Shown here piece after piece: positions 33,347 to 44,444 of a DNA stretch of 64,000 bases. The stretch comes from Alphaproteobacteria bacterium (GTDB taxonomy: Bacteria; Pseudomonadota; Alphaproteobacteria; JAVJVX01). The position numbers and the translations under genes are program-made. Numbering within the stretch: position 1 is the stretch's first letter; every line of letters starts with the position of its first letter. The stretch covers positions 396,174 through 460,173 of the forward strand of contig JAVJVX010000006.1 in the NCBI GenBank assembly GCA_040220875.1, given 5' to 3'. The notes beneath the pieces are model-generated. The model saw only the letters and a program-made list of their open reading frames with translations, did not search any database and was not told the origin of the DNA.

Positions 33347-33760
33347 TCAGGAGTTGCGCACGCGTACGATGACGTCGACACGTTCCACCGCCTCACCCCG
33401 GGGCGGGGCGGGCAGGTTCTGCACCACGACGTGATCGGCCGGGATATCCCGCAACGTACCGTCCGACACGTTGTAGAAATGGTGATGGTCGGTCACGTTG
33501 GTGTCGAAATACGAGCGGCCCGACTCGACCACGACCTCGCGCAGCAGGCCCGCCTCTGTGAACTGGTGCAGCGTGTTGTAGACCGTGGCGAGAGAGACCG
33601 CGAGCTTGGCGTCGCGTGCCTCGGAGTGCAGCGCCTCGGCCGAAAGATGGCGGTTGCCGCCATCGAACAGCAGGCGCGCCAGGCCGAGCCGCTGGCGGGT
33701 CGGGCGCAACCCGGCCGCCTTCAGTCGGTCCACGGAGCTGGTATACGGTCGATCTGTCAT
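33347..33760 (-). CDS. irr: Fur family transcriptional regulator, Irr/PerR-like (HHH motif)
   Basis: Fur-family wHTH (TRQRLGLARLLF...LSAEALHSEA), plus VTDHHHFYN, resembling the heme-regulatory HXH motif of alphaproteobacterial Irr. There is no CxxC structural Zn site. Confidence 0.7.
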   Translation of the reverse strand: MTDRPYTSSVDRLKAAGLRPTRQRLGLARLLFDGGNRHLSAEALHSEARDAKLAVSLATVYNTLHQFTEAGLLREVVVESGRSYFDTNVTDHHHFYNVSDGTLRDIPADHVVVQNLPAPPRGEAVERVDVIVRVRNS

Positions 33761-33861
33761 CAGGCCTCAAATATAGCGTGAAATTTCCTGATGTTAAGTG
33801 GTTTTTTCGAACGTTTCTTAACTTTTTGCAACGCCGAAGCCGGACATATTCGCCAGCACCC

Positions 33862-35259
33862 CTAGTCGCCGGAGCGGATCCGGTCGACGAGTTGCTTAAC
33901 GGAGGGGATAAATCCGTTGGAGTAGAACGGGTCCTGGGCAAAGCGGAACACGTTGTGACCGGCAAACATGAGCTGATCCTCGATGTCGTCGCTGTGGGAG
34001 ATCACCTGCAGGGTTTTCTGGATGCAGTAAGACCGCGGGTCCGCCTTGCGGCCGGTGGTGTGGCCCTCATTCTGCGCCCAGTTGGAGAACTGGCAGGCGC
34101 TCAGGCACCCCATGCAATCGATCTGATCGGTCCGGATCTCGCCCGCCTTTTCCGGCGTGACGAAGATCAGTGTCGAATCCGGCGTGCGCAGTGCCTCGGT
34201 GAACCCCGCGCGCATCCAGTCCTCGGCGCGGAGCTTGTCGGCCGGCGCCACGAAGACGGTGCGTCGGCCCGCACTGATCGGCAGGGGCGTATCCAGCTCG
34301 CCCACCGCTTCAGGCGCGAAGGCGATCTGGCGCTGGGAGCGGTCGGCCAGTTCCTGGAGGAAGCCGTTGCGGACGGCCGACGAATAGAACCCCGTCGGGC
34401 TGAACCGGTTGAGCCAGACATCGCCTGACTCGAGGTGCAGAAGACGATCCTTCCACGCATCCGAAATCGGACTCTCCTTGGTCAGCAGCGGCCGGGTGCC
34501 GAACTGAAAGGCGATCGGGCCGAGTTCCGGATTGTCGATCCAGTCTTCCCATTCGCGCAGGAACCACACGCCGCCCGCCATGATGATCGGCGTGCTCTCA
34601 AGGCCCATCTCGTTCATCAGGCTCCGCAGCTCGCGCACCCGCGGATACGGGTCCTGCGGCTCCTCCGGATTCTCACTGTTGCTGAGCCCGTTATGGCCGC
34701 CGGCGCGCCAGGGATCCTCGTAGACGACCGCGCCGAGCCATTCGGCATATCTATGATACGCGCGCTTCCAGAGCGCCCGGAAGGCGCGGCTCGAAGAGAC
34801 GATCGGATAATAAAAGACACGAAACCGCGCACAGGCTTCGGCCAGCTTGTAGGGCATGCCGGCGCCACAGGTGACGCCGTGGATCAGCCCCCTCGCCCCT
34901 TCGAGGGCACGATTCAGAATGGTTTCCGCCGCGCCCATCTCCCAGAGAATGTTCATGTGCAGCCGGCCCTTGCCCCCTGCCATGTCATGCGCGATACGGG
35001 CCTGGGTAATGGCGCCGCGGACGGAATATTCGATCAGTTCGAGATGACGCTCGAACCGTGTCTTGCCGTGATAGACCTGCGGGATGGGGTTGCCGTCCGC
35101 GTCATAGGAATCCGCGTTGACGCCCGAAAACGTGCCCACGCCCCCGCTGGCCGCCCAGGCGCCGGAGCTTTCGCCATTGGTCACGGAAATGCCCTTGCCG
35201 CCTTCGATGATCGGCAGCACCTCGGCACCCGATAGCCATACTGGATTCAACGCTTTCAA
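33862..35259 (-). CDS. Nitronate monooxygenase (NMO/2-nitropropane dioxygenase) family FMN-dependent oxidoreductase, long form (465 aa)
   Basis: PIIEGGKGISV...ASGGVGTFSG resembles the NMO N-terminal FMN-binding region, and IIMAGGVWF the C-terminal GG motif. The protein is about 100 aa longer than canonical NMO, so assignment is tentative. Confidence 0.5.
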   Translation of the reverse strand: MKALNPVWLSGAEVLPIIEGGKGISVTNGESSGAWAASGGVGTFSGVNADSYDADGNPIPQVYHGKTRFERHLELIEYSVRGAITQARIAHDMAGGKGRLHMNILWEMGAAETILNRALEGARGLIHGVTCGAGMPYKLAEACARFRVFYYPIVSSSRAFRALWKRAYHRYAEWLGAVVYEDPWRAGGHNGLSNSENPEEPQDPYPRVRELRSLMNEMGLESTPIIMAGGVWFLREWEDWIDNPELGPIAFQFGTRPLLTKESPISDAWKDRLLHLESGDVWLNRFSPTGFYSSAVRNGFLQELADRSQRQIAFAPEAVGELDTPLPISAGRRTVFVAPADKLRAEDWMRAGFTEALRTPDSTLIFVTPEKAGEIRTDQIDCMGCLSACQFSNWAQNEGHTTGRKADPRSYCIQKTLQVISHSDDIEDQLMFAGHNVFRFAQDPFYSNGFIPSVKQLVDRIRSGD

Positions 35260-35403
35260 AGCCTGCGCCTTTCGTCGTCGTGTGCGTTTCAGAGAGTCAG
35301 GCTATTTTCGAGGGGATTCAACCCCGCCATTTCCCTAAAGGCCTTCTGGTTTTTTGGACCGTGGCCGTCGCCTCTTCCTGATGATATGGGGTGCTCGATC
35401 GGT

Positions 35404-35436
35404 AAAAAAACCCCCGACCGCAAATCCGGCCGGGGG
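35404..35436 (-). terminator. Rho-independent terminator of pnp
   Basis: On the minus strand: CCCCCGGCCGG-AUUUG-CGGUCGGGGG followed by UUUUUUU. It lies 14 bp downstream of the pnp stop. Confidence 0.65.
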
Positions 35437-35449
35437 TTCCGGGTTCGAC

Positions 35450-37564
35450 TTAGGCGCCCGTTTCCGCCGCCGGAGCGGGATCGGGAACCAGGTCCTTCAT
35501 GGAAAGCTTGACCTTGCCCCGGTCATCGAAGCCGATCACCTTGACCTTCACGATATCGCCCTCCTTGACAACATCGGTGACTTTTTCCGTGCGGCCTTCC
35601 TGCAACTGGCTGATGTGTACGAGCCCGTCGCGCGTGCCGAGGAAATTAACGAAGGCGCCGAAATCGACGACCTTGACGACCTTGCCCTCGTAGATAGCGC
35701 CAAGTTCCGGATCAGCCGCAATGCCCATGATCCAGTCCACCGCCTTCTTGGAGGCATCGACTTCGCGCGAGGCGATCTTGATCGTCCCGTCATCGTCGAT
35801 GTCGATCTTGGTGCCGGTCACTTCGCAGATCTCACGGATGACCTTGCCGCCCGAACCGATCACGTCGCGGATCTTGTCCTTGTTGATCTTGATCGTGGTA
35901 ATCCGGGGTGCATGCTCGCTGACATCGGCGCGGGCATTTTCGAGCGCCCGGTTCATGGCATCCAGAATATGAAGCCGGCCGTCACGTGCCTGGTTCAGGG
36001 CGGTTTTCATGATATCGACGGTGATGGAAGGAATTTTGATATCCATCTGTAGAGAGGTCACGCCTTCCGTCGTCCCGGCCACCTTGAAATCCATGTCGCC
36101 GAGATGATCCTCGTCTCCAAGAATATCGGAGAGAACGGCGAAGTCGTCACCTTCCTTGATCAGGCCCATGGCGATGCCGGCCACCGAACGCTTGAGCGGC
36201 ACGCCCGCATCCATCATCGCCAGGGACGAGCCGCATACGGTCGCCATGGAGGAGGAACCATTCGATTCGGTGATTTCCGAAACGATGCGCACGGTATAGG
36301 GGAAATCTTCCTTTCGCGGCATCAGCGGGCGCACGGCGCGCCAGGCCAGCTTGCCGTGGCCTATTTCGCGCCGGCCGGGCGACCGCAGGAAGGAGGCCTC
36401 GCCGACGGAATAGGGCGGAAAGTTGTAATGAAGCATGAAGTGCTCGCGGGATTCGCCCTCGAGCGCGTCGATTATCTGCTCGTCCTGACCGGTGCCCAGC
36501 GTCGTGACGACCATGGCCTGGGTTTCTCCACGGGTGAAGATCGCGCTGCCATGGGCGCGGGGCAGAAAGCCCACCTCGCAATCGAGGGCCCGAACGGTCT
36601 TGGTGTCGCGGCCATCGATACGCTGGCCGGTCTTGAGGATGCCGCCCCGGACGATGTCCTTCTCGAGCTTCTTGAAGGCACCATCCACGAGACCGCGTTC
36701 GACCTCGTCGGCCTCCTGAAAGGCCTCGACCACCTTCGCCTTGACCTCGGCGATGCGGTCGCGCCGCTCGCCCTTGGCGACGATCTTGTAGGCCTCACGC
36801 AGTTCGCTCTCGGCCACCTCGCGGACCCGGCCGGCGACGCTTTCGGCCTGTGCCGGCGGCTGCGGCAGGTCGTAGGGCTCCTTTGCCGCCTTCTCGGCCA
36901 GCTTGATGATCGCGTCGATTACCGGCTGGAAGCCCTGGTGGCCGAATTCGACCGCACCCAGCATGAGTTCCTCGGACAACTCGGAGGCTTCCGATTCCAC
37001 CATCATCACACCCGTGCCGGTCCCGGCCACGATGAGATCGAGCTCGGAATCGGCCGCGTCCGCCAGGACCGGGTTTAGGATGTACTGGCCGTCGACATAG
37101 CCGACCCGCGCACCCCCGATGGGGCCAAGGAACGGCGCGCCCGACAGCGTCAGCGCCGCGGAGGCGCCGACCATGGCGACGATATCGGGATCGTTTTCAA
37201 GATCGTGGCCGAGAACGGTGCAGATGACCTGTGTCTCGTTGACAAAGCCGCTCGCGAAAAGCGGTCGGATCGGCCGATCGATGAGGCGCGAGGTCAGCGT
37301 TTCCTTTTCCGAGGGGCGCCCTTCGCGCTTGAAAAAACCGCCGGGAATCTTGCCGGCGGCAAAAGCCTTTTCCTGATAATTCACCGTGAGTGGAAAGAAA
37401 TCCACGCCCGGCTTCGGCTCGCGCTGGTAGACGGCGGTGCAAAGAACCACCGTATCGCCGTAGCGGGCCAGGACGGCGCCATCCGCCTGGCGGGCGATTT
37501 TTCCCGTTTCCAGGGAAAGGGTCCGGCCACCCCACTCGATTTCAACTTTATGGACATCAAACAT
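35450..37564 (-). CDS. pnp: Polyribonucleotide nucleotidyltransferase (PNPase)
   Basis: Two RNase PH domains followed by KH and S1 domains. Canonical PNPase, 704 aa. Confidence 0.95.
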   Translation of the reverse strand: MFDVHKVEIEWGGRTLSLETGKIARQADGAVLARYGDTVVLCTAVYQREPKPGVDFFPLTVNYQEKAFAAGKIPGGFFKREGRPSEKETLTSRLIDRPIRPLFASGFVNETQVICTVLGHDLENDPDIVAMVGASAALTLSGAPFLGPIGGARVGYVDGQYILNPVLADAADSELDLIVAGTGTGVMMVESEASELSEELMLGAVEFGHQGFQPVIDAIIKLAEKAAKEPYDLPQPPAQAESVAGRVREVAESELREAYKIVAKGERRDRIAEVKAKVVEAFQEADEVERGLVDGAFKKLEKDIVRGGILKTGQRIDGRDTKTVRALDCEVGFLPRAHGSAIFTRGETQAMVVTTLGTGQDEQIIDALEGESREHFMLHYNFPPYSVGEASFLRSPGRREIGHGKLAWRAVRPLMPRKEDFPYTVRIVSEITESNGSSSMATVCGSSLAMMDAGVPLKRSVAGIAMGLIKEGDDFAVLSDILGDEDHLGDMDFKVAGTTEGVTSLQMDIKIPSITVDIMKTALNQARDGRLHILDAMNRALENARADVSEHAPRITTIKINKDKIRDVIGSGGKVIREICEVTGTKIDIDDDGTIKIASREVDASKKAVDWIMGIAADPELGAIYEGKVVKVVDFGAFVNFLGTRDGLVHISQLQEGRTEKVTDVVKEGDIVKVKVIGFDDRGKVKLSMKDLVPDPAPAAETGA

Positions 37565-37714
37565 ATCTATCTTCCTTGCCTACAAATTATCTTCACCCAC
37601 CACCGGCCTTGCATCACGTCTATCAACCAACATGCACAGATGGGCCGTCGGGCTCGATGTCGACCCCTGACAGCTCCAACAGTTTATTCCGGACCACGGA
37701 CGGGAAATGATTTC

Positions 37715-37984
37715 CTAGCGCCTCAGGCCAAGCCGCTTGATCAACCCTTCATACCGGCTGCGGTCCTTCCGCTTCAGGTAATCGAGCAGACGGCGGCGGC
37801 GGCCCACCATCATGACAAGCCCACGACGCGAATGAACATCTTTCTGGTGCGTCTGAAGGTGCTGGCTGACATTCTGAATGCGCTCGCTCAGAATCGCCAC
37901 CTGCACTTCCGGGGACCCCGTGTCCCCGCCGGCCTGCGCATATTCCTTGATAACTTCCTGTTTACGCTCTGGCGTAATCGACAT
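37715..37984 (-). CDS. rpsO: 30S ribosomal protein S15
   Basis: [36 protein letters not shown]... is canonical S15. Confidence 0.95.
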   Translation of the reverse strand: MSITPERKQEVIKEYAQAGGDTGSPEVQVAILSERIQNVSQHLQTHQKDVHSRRGLVMMVGRRRRLLDYLKRKDRSRYEGLIKRLGLRR

Positions 37985-37995
37985 CGTGGGCCTCC

Positions 37996-38949
37996 TTATT
38001 CAGAGAGGTTGAATCCTCGCACCGACCGAAGCTGGCCCTTATCGAAACGCGCCAGGGCAATCAATCGCTCCCCCTGTTTCGCGCGTACCATATCCCCCGG
38101 GCCGATGGCGCCGATCCTTTCGAGATCGGACTTCTTCAACAGGGGGACGGGCTGCCCATTTTTGATGAGACGGGCTTCGGCCTCCGTCATGGCCAGCGCC
38201 GGGATGTCGTCCAGCGCGGTCTCGACCGGAAGCAGGTGCTCTAACGCGGCGGCACTATGCCCGAGGGCGTTGCCGCTTTCCAGCGAAATTTCCGCCAATT
38301 TTACCGCCTGATCCACGGAAAACGGCCCGTCGCGGAGGCGGCGGAGCCGGGCCACGTGACCGACCGTCCCGAGATGGCGGGCGAGGTCGCGCGCCAGGCT
38401 GCGAATATAGACCCCCTTGCCGGTCCGCGCGGTGAAAACCGCCCGATCCGGCCCCTCGATCGCCTCCAGGCGGAAATCGTGGACGGTCACGATCCGCGGG
38501 CGCATTTCCGGCTCTTTCCCGGCCCGGGCGAGGGCATAGGCCCGTTTTCCGTCGATCTTGATGGCCGAATAGCTGGGCGGCACCTGCTCGATCTCGCCGA
38601 TGAACCCGGGCAGGGCCGCCCGGATCGCCGCCGCGCCGGGGCGCCCGGCGCTCTCCGCCACGATCCTGCCTTCGGCATCGTCGGTATCGCGGGCCGTGCC
38701 CCAGGCCACCATGAACCGGTAGGTTTTTTCGCCGTTCACGATATGAGCCACCGTCTTTGTGGCCTCGCCCACCGCAACGGGCAGCACGCCAGTGGCAAGC
38801 GGATCGAGCGTGCCGGCATGGCCGACCCGGGGCGTGCCCAGACACCGGCGCAGATGGCGCACGACATCGTGGGAGGTGGGGCCTTCAGGCTTGTCGATGA
38901 TCAGCCAGCCGGACGGACCAGCCGTCCCGCGCCGGTTTCGGCGCCCCAT
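37996..38949 (-). CDS. truB: tRNA pseudouridine(55) synthase
   Basis: [17 protein letters not shown] and the catalytic-Asp motif [14 protein letters not shown]. Confidence 0.9.
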   Translation of the reverse strand: MGRRNRRGTAGPSGWLIIDKPEGPTSHDVVRHLRRCLGTPRVGHAGTLDPLATGVLPVAVGEATKTVAHIVNGEKTYRFMVAWGTARDTDDAEGRIVAESAGRPGAAAIRAALPGFIGEIEQVPPSYSAIKIDGKRAYALARAGKEPEMRPRIVTVHDFRLEAIEGPDRAVFTARTGKGVYIRSLARDLARHLGTVGHVARLRRLRDGPFSVDQAVKLAEISLESGNALGHSAAALEHLLPVETALDDIPALAMTEAEARLIKNGQPVPLLKKSDLERIGAIGPGDMVRAKQGERLIALARFDKGQLRSVRGFNLSE

Positions 38950-38952
38950 CGC

Positions 38953-39396
38953 CTATTCCTCCGGCCCGATATCCGGGTCCGTTTCGGGCGCCGGATGGCG
39001 GGGCCGGGTCTCGCGGAGAACCTCGTCGATGCGCCGGGCGGCATCGAAGGCGAGATCCTCCTTGAATCGCAGGCGTGGCACGAAACGCAGACTGAGCCGG
39101 CGGGCGACCTCACCCTGCAGAAACGGGGCGGCGCGCTCAAGAGCGGCCAGGACCGCCTCGCGGTCCGCCTGATTCTCGGACGTTTCGAGGCCGAGGCCGA
39201 GGCCGAGCGGCAGCACATAGGCGATGGCCAATTTGAGATCGGGGGTCATGCGCACTTCCGTCACGGTGAGCGACGTGTCGCGCAGGACCGGGTCGCGCAG
39301 ATCACCACGCTGGAAGATTTCCGCCAGCGCGTGACGCATTTCCTCGCCTACCCGCAATTGGCGTTGGCTCGGCGGTTTGTTCTTGTGCCGCGTCAT
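38953..39396 (-). CDS. rbfA: Ribosome-binding factor A
   Basis: [27 protein letters not shown]...[13 protein letters not shown] is an RbfA KH-like signature. Confidence 0.9.
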   Translation of the reverse strand: MTRHKNKPPSQRQLRVGEEMRHALAEIFQRGDLRDPVLRDTSLTVTEVRMTPDLKLAIAYVLPLGLGLGLETSENQADREAVLAALERAAPFLQGEVARRLSLRFVPRLRFKEDLAFDAARRIDEVLRETRPRHPAPETDPDIGPEE

Positions 39397-39457
39397 CTGA
39401 TTCTTTTCATGAAGACCGCGCCGGCACCTGATCTCCGGCGGCGAGGGAAGACGGCGC

Positions 39458-42037
39458 CTATAGCTGGCGCGCCGTCTCGATCACCTCGTAACATTCGATG
39501 ACATCGCCTGGCTGGATATCCTGATAGTTCTCCAGAGCGATGCCACATTCGGTATCGGCCTTGACCTCGCGCACCTCGTCCTTGAAACGCTTGAGCGAGG
39601 CCAGCTTGCCTTCATGCACCACTATGTCGTCGCGCAAGAGACGCACACGGGTATCGCGGCGGATCACGCCCTCCGCCACCTTGCAGCCCGCGACCCTGCC
39701 TACCTTGGTGATGTTGAATACTTCAAGCACGTTGGCGGTGCCGATCAGGTTTTCGGTGATCGTCGGCGACAGCAGGCCCGAAAGGACCGCCTTCATGTCG
39801 TCGATCACTTCGTAGATGATCGAGTATGTCCGGATTTCCACGTTCCCTGCGCGGGCCGCCTCGCGCGCCTGCGGATTGGGACGTACGTTGAAGGCGATGA
39901 CCATCGCATTGGACGAGACAGCGAGATTGACATCCGATTCGCTGATGCCGCCGACACCGGCATAGAGAACACGTGGCTTGACCTCGTCGGTGGCGATCTG
40001 TTCCAGGCTGGCCTTGATCGCCTCGGCCGAGCCCTGCACGTCCGCCTTGATGATGACGGGCACTTCCGTCGCCTCGCCTTCCGAGATTCTGGCGAATTGC
40101 TGCTCCAGCGTTCCCCGCCCGAGGCCCGCCGCCTGCACGTCGCGCTTCTGGCGCTGGCGGTATTCCGTGATTTCCCGTGCGCGGCTTTCGTTATCCACGA
40201 CGACGAAATCATCACCGGCGTCAGGCTGGCCGTTCAGACCCAGCACCTCGACCGGCACAGACGGGCCGGCGCTTTTGATATGGTTCCCGTGATCGCCGAT
40301 CAGCGCCCGGACCCGGCCCCATTCGGTGCCGGAAATAAAGATGTCGCCCTGCTTCAGGGTACCGCGCTGGATGAGCACCGTGGCGACGGGACCGCGGCCG
40401 CGCTCCAGCTTGGACTCGATGACCACGCCTTCCGCCTCGCGGTCCGGATTGGCCTTGAGTTCGAGCACATCGGCCTGCAGCAGAATCGCTTCTTCGAGCT
40501 TGTCCAGATTGGTTCTCTTGGTGGCCGAAACATCCACCGCCAGCACATCGCCGCCGTATTCCTCCACCACCACATCGTGATTGAGAAGTTCCTGCCGGCA
40601 GCGGGTCGGGTCCGCCCCTTCCTTGTCGATCTTGTTGACGGCGACAATGATCGGCACTTCCGCCGCCTTGGCATGCTTGATCGCCTCGACGGTCTGGTCC
40701 TTGATGCCGTCATCAGCCGCAACGACCAGAACGACAATATCCGTTACCGTCGCACCTCGCGCGCGCATGGCGGAAAAAGCGGCATGGCCCGGCGTGTCGA
40801 TGAACGTGATCGCCTGCCCGGAAGGCACCCTCACCTGATAGGCGCCGATATGCTGGGTGATGCCTCCCGCTTCATGGGCGACGACATCGGTTTCGCGCAG
40901 CGCATCGAGCAGCGACGTCTTGCCGTGATCGACATGGCCCATCACGGTCACGACCGGAGCACGTGGATGCATCTGCCCGTCCTTGTCCGGCTCGCCACCG
41001 ATGCCGAGTTCGACGTCCGCCTCGCTGACCCGACGCACCTTGTGGCCGAATTCCTCCACGATGAGTTCCGCCGTGTCGGCGTCGATGGTCTGGGTGATGG
41101 TCGCCATGACGCCCATTTTCATCAATGACTTGATCACGTCGGCGGCTCGTTCGGCCATCCGGTTTGACAGCTCCTGCACCGTGATGACTTCGGGAACCGT
41201 CACATCGCGCACGACCCGCGTGGGCGGCTCGTGACTCTTCGTCATGGCCTTGACTTTTTCGCGCTGGCGGGCGCGACGCACGGAGGCCAGGCTGCGTACC
41301 CGTTCCTCGCCATCGCCGAGCGCCTGGCCGATGGTCAGCTTGCCTGACCGCCGGCGCGATTCGCCACGGCGTGACGGCGTGCTTTTCTTGGCTTCGACCT
41401 TGCCTTTCCGGCGCTTGGTTTCCTCGTCATCCTCGTCCTCGACGCGCGCCGGCTCTTCCTTGGCCCGCGACACGAAGGTCAGGCCGACACCCGCCACATC
41501 CGGAATTTCGGGCGCCGCCGGCTGGTCCTCGCCGTCCGTCGGCGCGGCGACTTCGGCGGGCGCTTCGCCAGCCGCTTCGGCGGATGCCGCCTGCAGTTCC
41601 TCCTCGCGCTCGCGCTCGGGCGCGGGCCGCTTGCGGGCGGCAGCGGCCAGGCGCTCCGCCTCGTCCCGCCGGCGGGCTTCCTCCTCGACCTGGCGTGCCA
41701 GCCCATGGGCCGCGCGGCTGCGAGAGGCGCGCTCGGCCTCGGTCAGGTGGCTGGCGGGCGCCGTCTCGGGTTCGGGCGTGGCCGGCTTGGCCTTGGGTCC
41801 GGTTGCCGCTTCGGCGAGCGCCTCTTCGGCTGCCGTCTTTTCGGAGACTTTCTGCAGCCGGCCGCCGGCGCCGCGCTCATAGGTGCGGCTCCGTTTCACC
41901 TCGACGGTGACGGTCTTGGACCGGCCATGGGAGAAGCTTTGCCGGACCTGACCGCCCTCGACGGTCTTTTTCAGTTCCAGCTTCCCGGGGCGGCTCAGCT
42001 TAAGCGGCTTTTTGCCTTCGTTTTTCTCGGTCGCCAT
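39458..42037 (-). CDS. infB: Translation initiation factor IF-2
   Basis: GTPase G-domain ([27 protein letters not shown]) with a long charged N-terminal region. Length is 859 aa. Confidence 0.95.
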   Translation of the reverse strand: MATEKNEGKKPLKLSRPGKLELKKTVEGGQVRQSFSHGRSKTVTVEVKRSRTYERGAGGRLQKVSEKTAAEEALAEAATGPKAKPATPEPETAPASHLTEAERASRSRAAHGLARQVEEEARRRDEAERLAAAARKRPAPEREREEELQAASAEAAGEAPAEVAAPTDGEDQPAAPEIPDVAGVGLTFVSRAKEEPARVEDEDDEETKRRKGKVEAKKSTPSRRGESRRRSGKLTIGQALGDGEERVRSLASVRRARQREKVKAMTKSHEPPTRVVRDVTVPEVITVQELSNRMAERAADVIKSLMKMGVMATITQTIDADTAELIVEEFGHKVRRVSEADVELGIGGEPDKDGQMHPRAPVVTVMGHVDHGKTSLLDALRETDVVAHEAGGITQHIGAYQVRVPSGQAITFIDTPGHAAFSAMRARGATVTDIVVLVVAADDGIKDQTVEAIKHAKAAEVPIIVAVNKIDKEGADPTRCRQELLNHDVVVEEYGGDVLAVDVSATKRTNLDKLEEAILLQADVLELKANPDREAEGVVIESKLERGRGPVATVLIQRGTLKQGDIFISGTEWGRVRALIGDHGNHIKSAGPSVPVEVLGLNGQPDAGDDFVVVDNESRAREITEYRQRQKRDVQAAGLGRGTLEQQFARISEGEATEVPVIIKADVQGSAEAIKASLEQIATDEVKPRVLYAGVGGISESDVNLAVSSNAMVIAFNVRPNPQAREAARAGNVEIRTYSIIYEVIDDMKAVLSGLLSPTITENLIGTANVLEVFNITKVGRVAGCKVAEGVIRRDTRVRLLRDDIVVHEGKLASLKRFKDEVREVKADTECGIALENYQDIQPGDVIECYEVIETARQL

Positions 42038-42049
42038 GTGTTCCTAGCT

Positions 42050-42760
42050 CTACTCGTTACGCGTCGCGCCGGGCCCATTCGCCTCACGCGCGTCGTCGGG
42101 CCCGCGAAATCCTTCCAGCCGCCGCGCCTCGAACTCGATCTTTCCGGCCAGACCCCCCGGGCCGACCGCAACATGCACCGCGCGGTCACGCCCGAAGGCT
42201 GCACCCAGCTCGGCGGCGGTGAGGCACTGGAAAACCGGCAGAGACCCCCCTGGCGCTTCCCGGCGCGCCGCAAGAGCGGGACGTCGCAGCTTGGCCTTTC
42301 CCCCCTCGGCGCCGTCGCCGGCCTCGAAGAGGAGCGCGGCCCTGCCTTGTTCCAGCCAGGCCTTGACCTGCTCGAATCCGAGCACCGCTTCTCCCGCCTT
42401 CCGTGCGAGGCCGAGATAGGCGCGGCACCGCGCGGCCAGGAGTGTCGCCACATCCTGGGCCAGCCCGTCGGGAACGGTCACGGTCTGGCGGGCTGCCCTG
42501 GCAAACACCCCCTTCGCCACGGCGAGCGCTATTATATCCTTCCGGGCGGACAGCCACAAACCCCGCCCCGGCAGTTTTTCCGCCACATCGGGGGTGATCC
42601 GTCCATCCGGCCCGACAACGAAGCGCACCAGGCCCGAGCGGGGCCGGCGGGCGCGGGTCACGAGACAACGGCGCAGCCCCGCCGCCTCGTCCGGCGCGAG
42701 CCGGTCCGGGCGGTCCCCCGCATCTCGTGCGGTCGCCTTGGCGGCAGTGGCTGCATTCAT
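42050..42760 (-). CDS. YlxR/DUF448 RNA-binding protein, with a C-terminal L7Ae-like extension
   Basis: RRCLVTRARRPRSGLVRFVVGPDGRI...GRGLWLS (DUF448 motif). Its position between nusA and infB is conserved. Confidence 0.75.
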   Translation of the reverse strand: MNAATAAKATARDAGDRPDRLAPDEAAGLRRCLVTRARRPRSGLVRFVVGPDGRITPDVAEKLPGRGLWLSARKDIIALAVAKGVFARAARQTVTVPDGLAQDVATLLAARCRAYLGLARKAGEAVLGFEQVKAWLEQGRAALLFEAGDGAEGGKAKLRRPALAARREAPGGSLPVFQCLTAAELGAAFGRDRAVHVAVGPGGLAGKIEFEARRLEGFRGPDDAREANGPGATRNE

Positions 42761-42786
42761 GGGCTCTGCTCCTGTCCCTATCGCCC

Positions 42787-44367
42787 TTATCCCTCGGTGC
42801 CAGTGCCCGTTTTGGGGTCCGTTTCAGTGCCCGTTTCCTCCGGCTCGGCCACGGGCGCCGTCAGGTCCTCATCGGGAAACCAGTGGGCGCGGGCGGCGAG
42901 AATGATCCGGTCGGCCTCTTCCGCGCTCATTTCGCCGGCGCCAACAATATCGAGCAGCTCGTCGCGCGCCAGGTCGCCGAGATCATCGAGGGTCTTCACC
43001 CCGGCCTCGCCCAGCTTGACGAGAAGCGGCGTCGTCAGCCCCTCGATAGCCGCAACCTCGTCGGTGACGCCAAGCTCCCGGCGCTTCTGGGTTTGCGTTT
43101 CCTCGATCTGTTCGAGATAGGCGCGCGCCCGGGCGCGAAGTTCTTCCGCAACCTCTTCATCAAAGCCTTCGATCCCGGCGAGATCCTCGACCGGGACGAA
43201 GGCCACGTCCTCGATCGTGGTGAAACCTTCGGTGACCAGCAGGTGGGCAATCACATCATCGACATCAAGGGCGTCGAAATACATTTGCGAGCGCTGGCGG
43301 AACTCCTCGTTGCGGCGCTCCGATTCTTCCGCCTCGGTCATGATATCGATATCCCAGCCGGTGAGAATCGAGGCGAGGCGCACGTTCTGTCCACGCCGCC
43401 CGATGGCCAGGCTGAGCTGGTCGTCGGGGACGATCACCTCGATCCGGCCCGCGCCCTCATCGAGGACGATCTTGCTCACCTCGGCCGGCGCCAGGGCATT
43501 CACCACGAAGGTGGCGGGATCGATCGACCAGGGAATGATGTCGATCTTCTCGCCCTGCAATTCGCTCACCACGGCCTGCACGCGCGAGCCGCGCATGCCG
43601 ACGCAGGCGCCCACCGGATCGATGCTTGAATCGTTGGAAATGACGGCGATTTTGGCACGGCTGCCCGGGTCACGGGCGACCGCCTTGATTTCTATGATGC
43701 CGTCATAGATTTCGGGAACCTCCTGACCGAAGAGGGCGGCCATGAATTCGGGCCGCGTCCGGGTCATGAAGATCTGCGGGCCGCGCGGTTCCTCGCGTAC
43801 ATCGTAAATGAAGCCGCGCACACGGTCGCCGCGCTTGAGATTTTCGCGCGGCAGGATGTCGTCCCGGCGCATCATGGCTTCGGCCTTGCCAAGATCGATC
43901 ACGGCGTTGCCGAATTCGACCCGCTTGACAATGCCGTTGACCACCTCGCCCTTGCGATCCTTGTATTCCTCATACTGCCGCTTGCGTTCCGCCTCGCGAA
44001 CTTTCTGCACGATGACCTGCTTGGCGGTCTGGGCCGCTATGCGGCCGAAATCTATTGGCGGCAGGGTCTCGGTGAAGAAGTCGCCCACCTGTTTTTCCGG
44101 ATCCCGCGCCTGGGCGTCCTCGAGCGAAATCTGCGTCGCCTCGTTCTCCACCTCGTCCACCACCTCGACGAAACGGCGCAACTGGATCTCACCCGTGTCA
44201 CGATTCACTTCTGCGCGAATATCGTATTCGTGCCCGTATTTGGAGCGCCCGGCCTTCTGGATGGCCTGCTCCATCGCCTCGAGAACTTCGTCGCGCTCAA
44301 TGCCCTTTTCGCGCGCGACGGTATCGGCGACCTGAATGAGTTCCAAACGTGACTGAATGGTTTGCAT
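42787..44367 (-). CDS. nusA: Transcription termination/antitermination factor NusA
   Basis: N-terminal domain, S1, KH1/KH2 and C-terminal acidic repeats; canonical NusA. Length is 526 aa. Confidence 0.95.
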   Translation of the reverse strand: MQTIQSRLELIQVADTVAREKGIERDEVLEAMEQAIQKAGRSKYGHEYDIRAEVNRDTGEIQLRRFVEVVDEVENEATQISLEDAQARDPEKQVGDFFTETLPPIDFGRIAAQTAKQVIVQKVREAERKRQYEEYKDRKGEVVNGIVKRVEFGNAVIDLGKAEAMMRRDDILPRENLKRGDRVRGFIYDVREEPRGPQIFMTRTRPEFMAALFGQEVPEIYDGIIEIKAVARDPGSRAKIAVISNDSSIDPVGACVGMRGSRVQAVVSELQGEKIDIIPWSIDPATFVVNALAPAEVSKIVLDEGAGRIEVIVPDDQLSLAIGRRGQNVRLASILTGWDIDIMTEAEESERRNEEFRQRSQMYFDALDVDDVIAHLLVTEGFTTIEDVAFVPVEDLAGIEGFDEEVAEELRARARAYLEQIEETQTQKRRELGVTDEVAAIEGLTTPLLVKLGEAGVKTLDDLGDLARDELLDIVGAGEMSAEEADRIILAARAHWFPDEDLTAPVAEPEETGTETDPKTGTGTEG

Positions 44368-44444
44368 CGTCTTTTTCCGATTCGGCTTCGTAACAGGGTC
44401 TAAAAATCCGTCCGCCCGCTTCTCGCAGGGCCGGACGCTCGGTG

